Assembly: GCA_040954595.2 (NCBI GenBank)
Contig: CM082591.2
Location: 11,301,309-11,365,308, forward strand
Source: Balanoglossus misakiensis
Taxonomy: Eukaryota > Animalia > Hemichordata
Length of the DNA: 64,000 nucleotides
Reading direction: 5' to 3'
The number at the start of each line of letters is the position of its first letter. The first letter of the stretch is position 1. The notes below the pieces were generated by a model that was not told the DNA's origin, made no database searches, and saw nothing but the letters and a program-made list of their open reading frames with translations. A program made the position numbers and the translations under genes. This document shows positions 50,301-64,000 of the stretch, piece by piece.

Positions 50301-53300
50301 AACTTTCTTATGCGCATAGGCTTATCTATATGTTCTACGCATCACAACAGAATTTGGTAAATAAACGAGGCTGTGTTTGGAAGCAACCATGGAAATTCTA
50401 GAACTATCCGTCCATCTACAGAGTCTAGTGGAAAACTTCCTTATGCGCATAGGCCCATCATGTGTCCTGCGCATCACAACATAATTCAATTAATAAACGT
50501 GGCTGTGTTTGGAAGCAACCATGAAAATTTAGAACTATCCGTCCATCTACAGTGGAAAACTTCCTTATGCGCATAGGCCTATCATATGCCCTGCGCATCA
50601 CAACAGAATTCGGTAAATAAACGAGGGTGTGTTTGGAAGCAACCATGGAAATTTTAGAACTATCCGTCCATCTACAGAGTCTAGTGGAAAACTTTCTTAT
50701 GCGCATAGGCTTATATATGTGTTCTACGCATCACAACAGAATTCGGTAAATAAACGAGGCTGTGTTTGGAAGCAACCATGGAAATTTTAGAACTATCCGT
50801 CCATGTACAGAGTGTAGTCGAAAACTTTCTTATGCGCATAGACCTATCATATGTACTGCGCATCACAACAGAATTTTGTAAACAAACGTGGCTGTGTTTG
50901 GAAGCAACCATGGAAATTTTAGAACTATCCGTCCATCTTCAGAGTCTAGTGGAAAACTTTCTTATGCGCATAGGCTTATCTATGTGTACTACGCATCACA
51001 ACAGAATTCGGTAAATAAACGAGGCTGTGTTTGGAAGCAATCATGGAAATTTTAGAACTATCCATCCATCTACAGAGTCTAGTGGAAAACTTCCTTATGC
51101 GCATAGGCCTATCATGTGTCCTGCGCATCACAACAGAATTCAATTAATAAACGTGTCTGTGTTTGGAAGCAACCATGGAAATTTTAGAACTATCCGTCGA
51201 TCTACACAGTCTAGTGGAAAACTTTCTTATGCGCATAGACCTATCATGTGTTCTGCGCATCACAACAGAATTTTGTAAATAAATTAACGAGGCTGTGTTT
51301 GGAAGCAACCATGGAAACATTAGAACTATCCGTCGATCTACAGAGTCTAGTGGAAAACTTTCTCATGCGCATAGGTCTATCGTGTGTTCTGCGAATCACA
51401 ACGGATTTCCTCAAATAAACGAGGGTGTGTTTGGAAGCAACCATGGAAATTTTAGAACTATCAGTCCATCTACAGAGTCTAGTGGAAAACTTTCTTATGC
51501 GCATAGGCTTATCTATATGTTCTACGCATCACAACAGAATTTGGTAAATAAACGAGGCTGTGTTTGGAAGCAACCATGGAAATTCTAGAACTATCCGTCC
51601 ATCTACAGAGTCGAGTGGAAAACTTCCTTATGCGCATAGGCCTATCATGTGTCCTGCGCATCACAACAGAATTCAATTTATAAACGTGGCTGTGTTTGGA
51701 AGCAACCATGGAAATTTAGAACTATCTGTCCATCTTCAGTGGAAAACTTCCTGATGCGCATAGGCCTATCATATGTCCTGCGCATCACAACAGAATTCAA
51801 TTAATAAACGTGGCTGTGTTTGGAAGCAACCATGGAAATTTTAGAACTATCTGTCGATCTACCGAGTCTATCAGAAAACTTTCTCATGCGCATAGGTCTA
51901 TCGTGTGTTCTGCGAATCACAACAGATTTCCTCAAATAAACGAGGCTGTGTTTGGAAGCATCCATGGGAATTTTAGAACTATCCGTCGATCTACAGAGTC
52001 TAGTGGAAAACTTCCTTATGCGCATAGGCCCATCATGTGTCTTGCGCATCACAACAGAATTCAATTAATAAACGTGGCTGTGTTTGGAAGCAACCATGAA
52101 AATTTAGAACTATCCGTCCATCTACAGTGGAAAACTTCCTTATGCGCATAGGCCTATCATATGCCCTGCGCATCACAACACAATTCGGTAAATAAACGAG
52201 GGTGTGTTTGGAAGCAACCATGGAAATTTTAGAACTATCCGTCCATCTACACAGTCTAGTGGAAAACTTTCTTATGCGCATAGGCTTGTATATGTGTTCT
52301 ACGCATCACAACAGAATTCGGTAAATAAACGAGGCTGTGTTTGGAAGCATCCATGGAAATTTTAGAACTATCCGTCCATCTACAGAGTGTAGTCGAAAAC
52401 TATCTTATGCGCATAGGCCTATCATGTGTCCTGCGCATCACAACAGAATTCAATTAATAAACGTGTCTGTGTTTGGAAGCAACCATGGAAATTTTAGAAC
52501 TATCCATCGATCTCCACAGTCTAGTGGAAAACTTTCTTATGCGCATAGACCTATCATGTGTTCTGCGCCTCACAACAGAATTTTGTAAATAAATTAACGA
52601 GGATGTGTTTGGAAGCAACCATGGAAATTTTAGAACTATCCGTCCATCTACAGAGTGTAGTCGAAAACTTTCTTATGCGCATAGACCTATCATATGTTCT
52701 GCGCATCACAACAGAATTTTGTAAACAAACGTGGCTGTGTTTCGAAGCAACCATGGAAATTTTAGAACTATCCGTCCATCTTCAGAGTCTAGTGGAAAAC
52801 TTTCTTATGCGCAGAGGCTTATCTATGTGTACTACGCAACACAACAGAATTCGGTAAATAAACGAGGCTGTGTTTGGAAGCAATCATGGAAATTTTAGAA
52901 CTATCCATCCATCTACAGAGTCTAGTGGAAAACTTCCTTATGCGCATAGGCCTATCATATGCCCTGCGCATCACAACAGAATTCGGTTAATAAACGAGGG
53001 TGTGTTTGGAAGCAACCATGGAAATTTTAGAACTATCCGTCCATGTACAGAGTGTAGTCGAAAACTTTCTTATGCGCATAGACCTATCATATGTTCTGCG
53101 CATCACAACAGAATTTTGTAAACAAACGTGGCTGTGTTTGGAAGCAACAATGGAAATTTTAGAACTATCCGTCCATCTTCAGAGTCTAGTGGAAAACTTT
53201 CTTATGCGCATAGGCTTATCTACGTGTACTACGCATCACAACAGAATTCGGTAAATAAACGAGGCTGTGTTTGGAAGCAATCATGGAAATTTTAGAACTA

Positions 53301-56300
53301 TCCATCCATCTACAGAGTCTAGTGGAAAACTTCCTTATGCGCATAGGCCTATCATGTGTCCTGCGCATCACAACAGAATTCAATTAATAAACGTGTCTGT
53401 GTTTGGAAGCAACCATGGAAATTTTAGAACTATCCGTCGATCTACACAGTCTAGTGGAAAACTTTCTTATGCGCATAGACCTATCATGTGTTCTGCGCAT
53501 CACAACAGAATTTTGTAAATAAATTAACGAGGCTGTGTTTGGAAGCAACCATGGAAACATTAGAACTATCCGTCGATCTACAGAGTCTAGTGGAAAACTT
53601 TCTCATGCGCATAGGTCTATCGTGTGTTCTGCGAATCACAACAGATTTCCTCAAATAAACGAGGGTGTGTTTGGAAGCAACCATGGAAATTTTAGAACTA
53701 TCAGTCCATCTACAGAGTCTAGTGGAAAACTTTCTTATGCGCATAGGCTTATCTATATGTTCTACGCATCACAACAGAATTTGGTAAATAAACGAGGCTG
53801 TGTTTGGAAGCAACCATGGAAATTCTAGAACTATCCGTCCATCTACAGAGTCGAGTGGAAAACTTCCTTATGCGCATAGGCCTATCATGTGTCCTGCGCA
53901 TCACAACAGAATTCAATTTATAAACGTGGCTGTGTTTGGAAGCAACCATGGAAATTTAGAACTATCTGTCCATCTTCAGTGGAAAACTTCCTGATGCGCA
54001 TAGGCCTATCATATGTCCTGCGCATCACAACAGAATTCAATTAATAAACGTGGCTGTGTTTGGAAGCAACCATGGAAATTTTAGAACTATCTGTCGATCT
54101 ACCGAGTCTATCAGAAAACTTTCTCATGCGCATAGGTCTATCGTGTGTTCTGCGAATCACAACAGATTTCCTCAAATAAACGAGGCTGTGTTTGGAAGCA
54201 TCCATGGGAATTTTAGAACTATCCGTCGATCTACAGAGTCTAGTGGAAAACTTCCTTATGCGCATAGGCCCATCATGTGTCTTGCGCATCACAACAGAAT
54301 TCAATTAATAAACGTGGCTGTGTTTGGAAGCAACCATGAAAATTTAGAACTATCCGTCCACCTACAGTGGAAAACTTCCTTATGCGCATAGGCCTATCAT
54401 ATGCCCTGCGCATCACAACACAATTCGGTAAATAAACGAGGGTGTGTTTGGAAGCAACCATGGAAATTTTAGAACTATCCGTCCATCTACACAGTCTAGT
54501 GGAAAACTTTCTTATGCGCATAGGCTTGTATATGTGTTCTACGCATCACAACAGAATTCGGTAAATAAACGAGGCTGTGTTTGGAAGCAACCATGGAAAT
54601 TTTAGAACTATCCGTCCATCTACAGAGTGTAGTCGAAAACTATCTTATGCGCATAGACCTATCATATGTTCTGCGCATCACAACAGAATTTTGTAAACAA
54701 ACGTGGCTGTGTTTGGAAGCAACCATGAAAATTTTAGAACTATCCATCCATCTACAGAGTCTAGTGGAAAACTTCCTTATGCGCATAGGCCTATCATGTG
54801 TCCTGCGCATCACAACAGAATTCAATTAATAAACGTGTCTGTGTTTGGAAGCAACCATGGAAATTTTAGAACTATCCATCGATCTACACAGTCTAGTGGA
54901 AAACTTTCTTATGCGCATAGACCTATCATGTGTTCTGCGCCTCACAACAGAATTTTGTAAATAAATTAACGAGGCTGTGTTTGGAAGCAACCATGGAAAT
55001 TATAGAACTATCCGTCCATCTACAGAGTGTAGTCGAAAACTTTCTTATGCGCATAGACCTATCATATGTTCTGCGCATCACAACAGAATTTTGTAAACAA
55101 ACGTGGCTGTGTTTGGAAGCAACCATGGAAATTTTAGAACTATCCGTCCATCTTCAGAGTCTAGTGGAAAACTTTCTTATGCGCAGAGGCTTATCTATGT
55201 GTACTACGCAACACAACAGAATTCGGTAAATAAACGAGGCTGTGTTTGGAAGCAATCATGGAAATTTTAGAACTATCCATCCATCTACAGAGTCTAGTGG
55301 AAAACTTCCTTATGCGCATAGGCCTATCATGTGTCCTGCGCATCACAACAGAATTCAATTAATAAACGTGTCTGTGTTTGGAAGCAACCATGGAAATTTT
55401 AGAACTATCAGTCGATCTACACAGTCTAGTGGAAAACTTTCTTATGCGCATAGACCTATCATGTGTTCTGCGCATCACAACAGAATTTTGTAAATAAATT
55501 AACGAGGCTGTGTTTGGAAGCAACCATGGAAATTTTAGAACTATCCGTCCATCTACAGAGTCTAGTGGAAAACATCCTTATGCGCTTAGGCCTATCATGT
55601 GTCCTGCGCATCACAACAGAATTCAATTAATAAACGTGGCTGTGTTTGGAAGCAACCATGAAAATTTTACAACTATCTGTCGATCTACACAGTCTAGTGG
55701 AAAACTTTCTTATGCGCATAGACCTATCATGTGTTCTGCGCATCACAACAGACTTTTGTAAATAAATTAACGAGGCTGTGTTTAGATGCAACCATGGAAA
55801 CATTAGAACTATCCGTCCATCTACAGAGTCGAGTGGCAAACTTCCATATGCGCATAGGCCTATCATGTGTCCTGCGCATCACAACAGAATTCAATTTATA
55901 AACGTGGCTGTGTTTGGAAGCAACCATGGAAATTTAGAACTATCTGTCCATCTACAGTGGAAAACTTCCTGATGCGCATAGGCCTCTCATATGTCCTGCG
56001 CATCACAACAGAATTCAATTAATAAACGTGGCTGCGTTTGGAAACAACCATGGAAATTTTAGAACTATCTGTCGATCTACCGAGTCTATCAGAAAACTTT
56101 CTCATGCGCATAGGTCTATCGTGTGTTCTGCGAATCACAACAGATTTCCTCAAATAAACGAGGCTGTGTTTGGAAGCATCCATGGGAATTTTAGAACTAT
56201 CCGTCCATCTACAGAGTCTAGTGGAAAACTTCCTTATGCGCATAGGCCTATCATGTGTCCTGCGCATCACAACAGAATTCAATTTATAAACCTGGCTGTG

Positions 56301-59300
56301 TTTGGAAGCAACCATGGAAATTTAGAACTATCTGTCCATCTACAGTGGAAAACTTCCTGATGCGCATAGGCCTATCATATGTCCTGCGCATCACAACAGA
56401 ATTCAATTAATAAACGTGGCTGTGTTTGGAAGCAACCATGGAAATTTTAGAACTATCTGTCGATCTACCGAGTCTATCAGAAAACTTTCTCATGCGCATA
56501 GGTCTATCGTGTGTTCTGCGAATCACAACAGATTTCCTCAAATAAACGAGGCTGTGTTTGGAAGCATCCATGGGAATTTTAGAACTATCCGTCGATATAC
56601 AGAGTCTAGTGGAAAACTTCCTTATGCGCATAGGCCTATCATGTGTCCTGCGCATCACAACAGAATTCAATTTATAAACGTGGCTGTGTTTGGAAGCAAC
56701 CATGAAAATTTAGAACTATCCGTCCATCTACAGTGGAAAACTTCCTTATGCGCATAGGCCTATCATATGCCCTGCGCATCACAACACAATCGGTAAATAA
56801 ACGAGGGTGTGTTTGGAAGCAACCATGGAAATTTTAGAACTATCGGTCGATCTACACAGTCTAGTGGAAAACTTTCTCATGCGCATAGGTCTATCGTGTG
56901 TTCTGCGAATCACAACAGATTTCCTCAAATAAACGAGGCTGTGTTTGGAAGCATCCATGGGAATTTTAGAACTATCCGTCGATCTACAGAGTCTAGTGGA
57001 AAACTTCCTTATGCGCATAGGCCCATCATGTGTCCTGCGCATCACAACAGAATTCAATTAATAAACGTGGCTGTGTTTGGAAGCAACCATGAAAATTTTA
57101 CAACTATCTGTCGATCTACACAGTCTAGTGGAAAACTTTCTTATGCGCATAGACCTATCATGTGTTCTGCGCATCACAACAGACTTTTGTAAATAAATTA
57201 ACGAGGCTGTGTTTAGATGCAACCATGGAAACATTAGAACTATCCGTCGATCTACAGAGTCTAGTGGAAAACTTTCTCATGCGCATAGGTCTATCGTGTG
57301 TTCTGCGAATCACAACAGATTTCCTCAAATAAACGCGAGTGTGTTTGGAAGCAACCATGGAAATTTTAGAACTATCAGTCCATCTACAGAGTCTAGTGGA
57401 AAACTTTCTTATGCGCATAGGCCTCTCATATGTCCTGCGCATCACAACAGAATTCAATTAATAAACGTGGCTGCGTTTGGAAGCAACCATGGAAATTTTA
57501 GAACTATCTGTCGATCTACCGAGTCTATCAGAAAACTTTCTCATGCGCATAGGTCTATCGTGTGTTCTGCGAATCACAACAGATTTCCTCAAATAAACGA
57601 GGCTGTGTTTGGAAGCATCCATGGGAATTTTAGAACTATCCGTCCATCTACAGAGTCTAGTGGAAAACTTCCTTATGCGCATAGGCCTATCATGTGTCCT
57701 GCGCATCACAACAGAATTCAATTTATAAACCTGGCTGTGTTTGGAAGCAACCATGGAAATTTAGAACTATCTGTCCATCTACAGTGGAAAACTTCCTGAT
57801 GCGCATAGGCCTATCATATGTCCTGCGCATCACAACAGAATTCAATTAATAAACGTGGCTGTGTTTGGAAGCAACCATGGAAATTTTAGAACTATCTGTC
57901 GATCTACCGAGTCTATCAGAAAACTTTCTCATGCGCATAGGTCTATCGTGTGTTCTGCGAATCACAACAGATTTCCTCAAATAAACGAGGCTGTGTTTGG
58001 AAGCATCCATGGGAATTTTAGAACTATCCGTCGATATACAGAGTCTAGTGGAAAACTTCCTTATGCGCATAGGCCTATCATGTGTCCTGCGCATCACAAC
58101 AGAATTCAATTTATAAACGTGGCTGTGTTTGGAAGCAACCATGAAAATTTAGAACTATCCGTCCATCTACAGTGGAAAACTTCCTTATGCGCATAGGCCT
58201 ATCATATGCCCTGCGCATCACAACACAATCGGTAAATAAACGAGGGTGTGTTTGGAAGCAACCATGGAAATTTTAGAACTATCGGTCGATCTACACAGTC
58301 TAGTGGAAAACTTTCTCATGCGCATAGGTCTATCGTGTGTTCTGCGAATCACAACAGATTTCCTCAAATAAACGAGGCTGTGTTTGGAAGCATCCATGGG
58401 AATTTTAGAACTATCCGTCGATCTACAGAGTCTAGTGGAAAACTTCCTTATGCGCATAGGCCCATCATGTGTCCTGCGCATCACAACAGAATTCAATTAA
58501 TAAACGTGGCTGTAATTGGAAGCAACCATGAAAATTTAGAACTATCCGTCCATCTACAGTGGAAAACTTCCTTATGCGCATAGGCCTATCATATGCCCTG
58601 CGCATCACAACACAATTCGGTAAATAAACGAGGGTGTGTTTGGAAGCAACCATGGAAATTTTAGAACTATCGGTCGATCTACACAGTCTAGTGGAAAACT
58701 TTCTTATGCGCATAGACCTATCATGTGTTCTGCGCATCACAACAGAATTTTGTAAATAAATTAACGAGGCTGTGTTTGGAAGCAACCATGGAAATTTTAG
58801 AACTATCCGTCCATCTACAGAGTCTAGTGGAAAACTTCCTTATGCGCTTAGGCCTATCATGTGTCCTGCGCATCACAACAGAATTCAATTAATAAACGTG
58901 GCTGTGTTTGTAAGCAACCATGGAAATCTACCGAGTCTATCAGAAAACTTTCTCGTGCGCATAGGTCTATCGTGTGTTCTGCGCATCAAAACAGATTTCC
59001 TTAAAAAAACGAGACTGTGTTTGGAAGCAACCATGGAAACATTAGAACTATCCGTCGATCTACAGAGTCTAGTGGAAAACTTTCTTATGCGCATAGGCCT
59101 ATCATGTGTTCTGCGAATCACAACAGATTTCCTCAAATAAACGAGGGTGTGTTTGGAAGCAACCATGGAAATTTTAGAACTATCCGTCCATCTACAGAGT
59201 CGAGTGGAAAACTTCCTTATGCGCATAGGCCTATCATGTGTCCTGCGCATCACAACAGAATTCAATTTATAAACGTGGCTGTGTTTGGAAGCAACCATGG

Positions 59301-62300
59301 AAAGTTAGAACTATCTGTCCATCTACAGTGGAAAACTTCCTTATGCGCATAGGCCTATCATATGTCCTGCGCATCACAACAGAATTCTATTAATAAACGT
59401 GGCTGTGTTTGGAAGCAACCATGGAAATTTTAGAACTATCTGTCGATCTACCGAGTCTATCAGAAAACTTTCTCATGCGCATAGGTCTATCGTGTGTTCT
59501 GCGAATCACAACAGATTTCCTCAAATAAACGAGGCTGTGTTTGGAAGCAACCATGGAAATTTTAGAACTATCCGTCCATCTACAGATTCTAGTGGAAAAC
59601 TTTCTTATGCGCATAGGCTTATCTATGTGTTCTACGCATCACAACAGAATTCGGTAAATAAACGAGGCTTTGTTTGGAAGCAACCATGGAAATTTTAGAA
59701 CTATCCGTCGATCTACAGAGTCTAGTGGAAAACTTCCTTATGCGCATAGGCCCATCATGTGTCCTGCGCATCACAACAGAATTCAATTAATAAACGTGGC
59801 TGTGTTTGGAAGCAACCATGAAAATTTAGAACTATCCGTCCATCTACAGTGGAAAACTTCCTTATGCGCATAGGCCTATCATATGCCCTGCGCATCACAA
59901 CATAATTCGGTAAATAAACGAGGGTGTGTTTGGAAGCAACCATGGAAATTTTAGAACTATCGGTCGATCTACACAGTCTAGTGGAAAACTTTCTTATGCG
60001 CATAGACCTATCATGTGTTCTGCGCATCACAACAGAATTTTGTAAATAAATTAACGAGGCTGTGTTTGGAAGCAACCATGGAAATTTTAGAACTATCCGT
60101 CCATCTACAGAGTCTAGTGGAAAACTTCCTTATGCGCTTAGGCCTATCATGTGTCCTGCGCATCACAACAGAATTCAATTAATAAACGTGGCTGTGTTTG
60201 TAAGCAACCATGGAAATTTTAGAACTATCTGTCGATCTACCGAGTCTATCAGAAAACTTTCTCATGCGCATAGGTCTATCGTGTGTTCTGCGAATCACAA
60301 CTGATTACCTCAAATAAACGAGGCTGTGTTTGGAAGCATCCATGGAAATTTTAGAACTATCCGTCGATCTACAGAGTCTATCAGAAAACTTTCTCGTGCG
60401 CATAGGTCTATCGTGTGTTCTGCGCATCAAAACAGATTTCCTTAAATAAACGAGGCTGTGTTTGGAAGCAACCATGGAAACATTAGAACTATCCGTCGAT
60501 CTACAGAGTCTAGTGGAAAACTTTCTTATGCGCATAGGCCTATCATGTGTTCTGCGAATCACAGCAGATTTCCTCAAATAAACGAGGGTGTGTTTGGAAG
60601 CAACCATGGAAATTTTAGAACTATCCGTCCATCTACAGAGTCTAGTGGAAAACTTCCTTATGCGCATAGGCCTATCATGTGTCCTGCGCATCACAACAGA
60701 ATTCAATTTATAAACGTGGCTGTGTTTGGAAGCAACCATGGAAATTTAGAACTATCTGTCCATCTACAGTGGAAAACTTCCTGATGCGCATAGGCCTATC
60801 ATATGTCCTGCGCATCACAACAGAATTCAATTAATAAACGTGGCTGTGTTTGGAAGCAACCATGGAAATTTTAGAACTATCTGTCGATCTACCGAGTCTA
60901 TCAGAAAACTTTCTCATGCGCATAGGTCTATCGTGTGTTCTGCGAATCACAACAGATTTCCTCAAATAAACGAGGCTGTGTTTGGAAGCATCCATGGGAA
61001 TTTTAGAACTATCCGTCGATCTACAGAGTCTAGTGGAAAACTTCCTTATGCGCATAGGCCCATCATGTGTCCTGCGCATCACAACAGAATTCAATTAATA
61101 AACGTGGCTGTGTTTGGAAGCAACCATGAAAATTTAGAACTATCCGTCCATCTACAGTGGAAAACTTCCTTATGCGCATAGGCCTATCATATGCCCTGCG
61201 CATCACAACACAATTCGGTAAATAAACGAGGGTGTGTTTGGAAGCAACCATGGAAATTTTAGAACTATCGGTCGATCTACACAGTCTAGTGGAAAACTTT
61301 CTTATGCGCATAGACCTATCATGTGTTCTGCGCATCACAACAGAATTTTGTAAATAAATTAACGAGGCTGTGTTTGGAAGCAACCATGGAAATTTTAGAA
61401 CTATCCGTCCATCTACAGAGTCTAGTGGAAAACTTCCTTATGCGCTTAGGCCTATCATGTGTCCTGCGCATCACAACAGAATTCAATTAATAAACGTGGC
61501 TGTGTTTGTAAGCAACCATGGAAATTTTAGAACTATCTGTCGATCTACCGAGTCTATCAGAAAACTTTCTCATGCGCATAGGTCTATCGTGTGTTCTGCG
61601 AATCACAACCGATTTCCTCAAATAAACGAGGCTGTGTTTGGAAGCATCCATGGAAATTTTAGAACTATCCGTCGATCTACAGAGTCTATCAGAAAACTTT
61701 CTCGTGCGCATAGGTCTATCGTGTGTTCTGCGCATCAAAACAGATTTCCTTAAATAAACGAGGCTGTGTTTGGAAGCAACCATGGAAACATTAGAACTAT
61801 CCGTCGATCTACAGAGTCTAGTGGAAAACTTTCTTATGCGCATAGGTCTATCGTGTGTTCTGCGAATCACAACAGATTTCCTCAAATAAACGAGGGTGTG
61901 TTTGGAAGCAACCATGGAAATTTTAGAACTATCCGTCTATCTACAGAGTCGAGTGGAAAACTTCCTTATGCGCATAGGCCTATCATGTGTCCTGCGCATC
62001 ACAACAGAATTCAATTTATAAACGTGGCTGTGTTTGGAAGCAACCATGGAAAGTTAGAACTATCTGTCCATCTACAGTGGAAAACTTCCTTATGCGCATA
62101 GGCCTATCATATGTCCTGCGCATCACAACAGAATTCTATTAATAAACGTGGCTGTGTTTGGAAGCAACCATGGAAATTTTAGAACTATCTGTCGATCTAC
62201 CGAGTCTATCAGAAAACTTTCTTATGCGCATAGGTCTATCGTGTGTTCTGCGAATCACAACCGATTTCCTCAAATAAACGAGGCTGTGTTTGGAAGCATC

Positions 62301-64000
62301 CATGGAAATTTTAGAACTATCCGGCGATCTACAGAGTCTATCAGAAAACTTTCTCGTGCGCATAGGTCTATCGTGTGTTCTGCGCATCAAAACAGATTTC
62401 CTTAAATAAACGAGACTGTGTTTGGAAGCAACCATGGAAACATTAGAACTATCCGTCGATCTACAGAGTCTAGTGGAAAACTTTCTTATGCGCATAGGCC
62501 TATCATGTGTTCTGCGAATCACAACAGATTTCCTCAAATAAACGAGGGTGTGTTTGGAAGCAACCATGGAAATTTTAGAACTATCCGTCCATCTACAGAG
62601 TCTAGTGGAAAACTTTCTTATGCGCATAGGCTTATCTATATGTTCTACGCATCACAACAGAATTTGGTAAATAAACGAGGCTGTGTTTGGAAACAACCAT
62701 GGAAATTTTAGAACTATCCGTCTATCTACAGAGTCGAGTGGAAAACTTCCTTATGCGCATAGGCCTATCATGTGTCCTGCGCATCACAACAGAATTCAAT
62801 TTATAAACGTGGCTGTGTTTGGAAGCAACCATGGAAAGTTAGAACTATCTGTCCATCTACAGTGGAAAACTTCCTTATGCGCATAGGCCTATCATATGTC
62901 CTGCGCATCACAACAGAATTCTATTAATAAACGTGGCTGTGTTTGGAAGCAACCATGGAAATTTTAGAACTATCTGTCGATCTACCGAGTCTATCAGAAA
63001 ACTTTCTCATGCGCATAGGTCTATCGTGTGTTCTGCGAATCACAACAGATTTCCTCAAATAAACGAGGCTGTGTTTGGAAGCAACCATGGAAATTTTAGA
63101 ACTATCCGTCCATCTACAGATTCTAGTGGAAAACTTTCTTATGCGCATAGGCTTATCTATGTGTTCTACGCATCACAACAGAATTCGGTAAATAAACGAG
63201 GCTTTGTTTGGAAGCAACCATGGAAATTTTAGAACTATCCGTCGATCTACAGAGTCTAGTGGAAAACTTCCTTATGCGCATAGGCCCATCATGTGTCCTG
63301 CGCATCACAACAGAATTCAATTAATAAACGTGGCTGTGTTTGGAAGCAACCATGAAAATTTAGAACTATCCGTCCATCTACAGTGGAAAACTTCCTTATG
63401 CGCATAGGCCTATCATATGCCCTGCGCATCACAACACAATTCGGTAAATAAACGAGGGTGTGTTTGGAAGCAACCATGGAAATTTTAGAACTATCGGTCG
63501 ATCTACACAGTCTAGTGGAAAACTTTCTTATGCGCATAGACCTATCATGTGTTCTGCGCATCACAACAGAATTTTGTAAGTAAATTAACGAGGCTGTGTT
63601 TGGAAGCAACCATGGAAATTTTAGAACTATCCGTCCATCTACAGAGTCTAGTGGAAAACTTCCTTATGCGCTTAGGCCTATCATGTGTCCTGCGCATCAT
63701 AACAGAATTCAATTAATAAACGTGGCTGTGTTTGTAAGCAACCATGGAAATTTTAGAACTATCTGTCGATCTACCGAGTCTATCAGAAAACTTTCTCATG
63801 CGCATAGGTCTATCGTGTGTTCTGCGAATCACAACCGATTTCCTCAAATAAACGAGGCTGTGTTTGGAAGCATCCATGGAAATTTTAGAACTATCCGTCG
63901 ATCTACAGAGTCTATCAGAAAACTTTCTCGTGCGCATAGGTCTATCGTGTGTTCTGCGCATCAAAACAGATTTCCTTAAATAAACGAGGCTGTGTTTGGA
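17311..64000. repeat. Satellite DNA array, ~132-bp monomer, about 350 copies, with local higher-order repeats; continues past the window end
   Basis: Head-to-tail monomers of the form aaacgaggctgtgtttggaagcaaccatggaaattttagaactatccgtccatctacagagtctagtggaaaacttccttatgcgcataggcctatcatgtgtcctgcgcatcacaacagaattcaattaat; 44-aa periodicity in the ORF track; length variants of 114, 124, 129, 133, 135 and 136 bp; a single orientation throughout. Confidence 0.97.
24381..25175. mobile_element. Kolobok-like non-autonomous element (795 bp) inserted in the satellite
   Basis: TTAA(24377-24380)|GATGGGTCCCTGGGATCTTTTTGC...GCAAAAAGATCCCAGGGACCCATC|TTAA(25176-25179); TIR is near-perfect for ~50 bp and recognisable for ~145 bp; removing it restores the monomer junction gatttccTTAAataaacg. 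Confidence 0.9.

Noticed and set aside
17357-63979. Hundreds of 60-243 aa ORFs (FGSNHGNFRTI..., MRIRKFSTRL...) as a repeat-protein gene
   Set aside because: They arise because the 132-bp monomer is a multiple of 3. They occur on both strands and are repeatedly broken by 124-, 133- and 136-bp monomers and stop codons, with no sign of frame conservation.
17311-64000. CRISPR array
   Set aside because: No unique spacers: whole monomers are homologous. The context is eukaryotic and spliced, with no cas genes.

Overview
AT-rich eukaryotic DNA from an invertebrate animal (lineage inferred from intron structure and transposon types). Bases 1-12.8 kb hold the last four visible coding exons of a polyglutamine-rich gene on the + strand, most likely Mediator subunit MED25: it has a coiled-coil segment, an LxxLL box (NQQLRHLLL) and an acidic/hydrophobic C-terminal tail. 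The introns and 3' flank are packed with non-autonomous DNA transposons: two Mutator-like copies with 9-bp TSDs, TTAA-TSD Kolobok-like elements (one nested in its own relative), a Helentron-type element, several MITEs and a tandem palindromic element. From 17311 to the window end lies an array of about 350 copies of a ~132-bp satellite, built from several monomer subtypes in shifting local higher-order repeats and interrupted once by a Kolobok-like element. Almost all ORFs in the supplied track are artefacts of these repeats. Most notable: once the Kolobok-like insertion at the array edge is removed, the satellite begins directly after a copy of the Mutator-like terminus, so the array may be cargo expanded inside a transposon.
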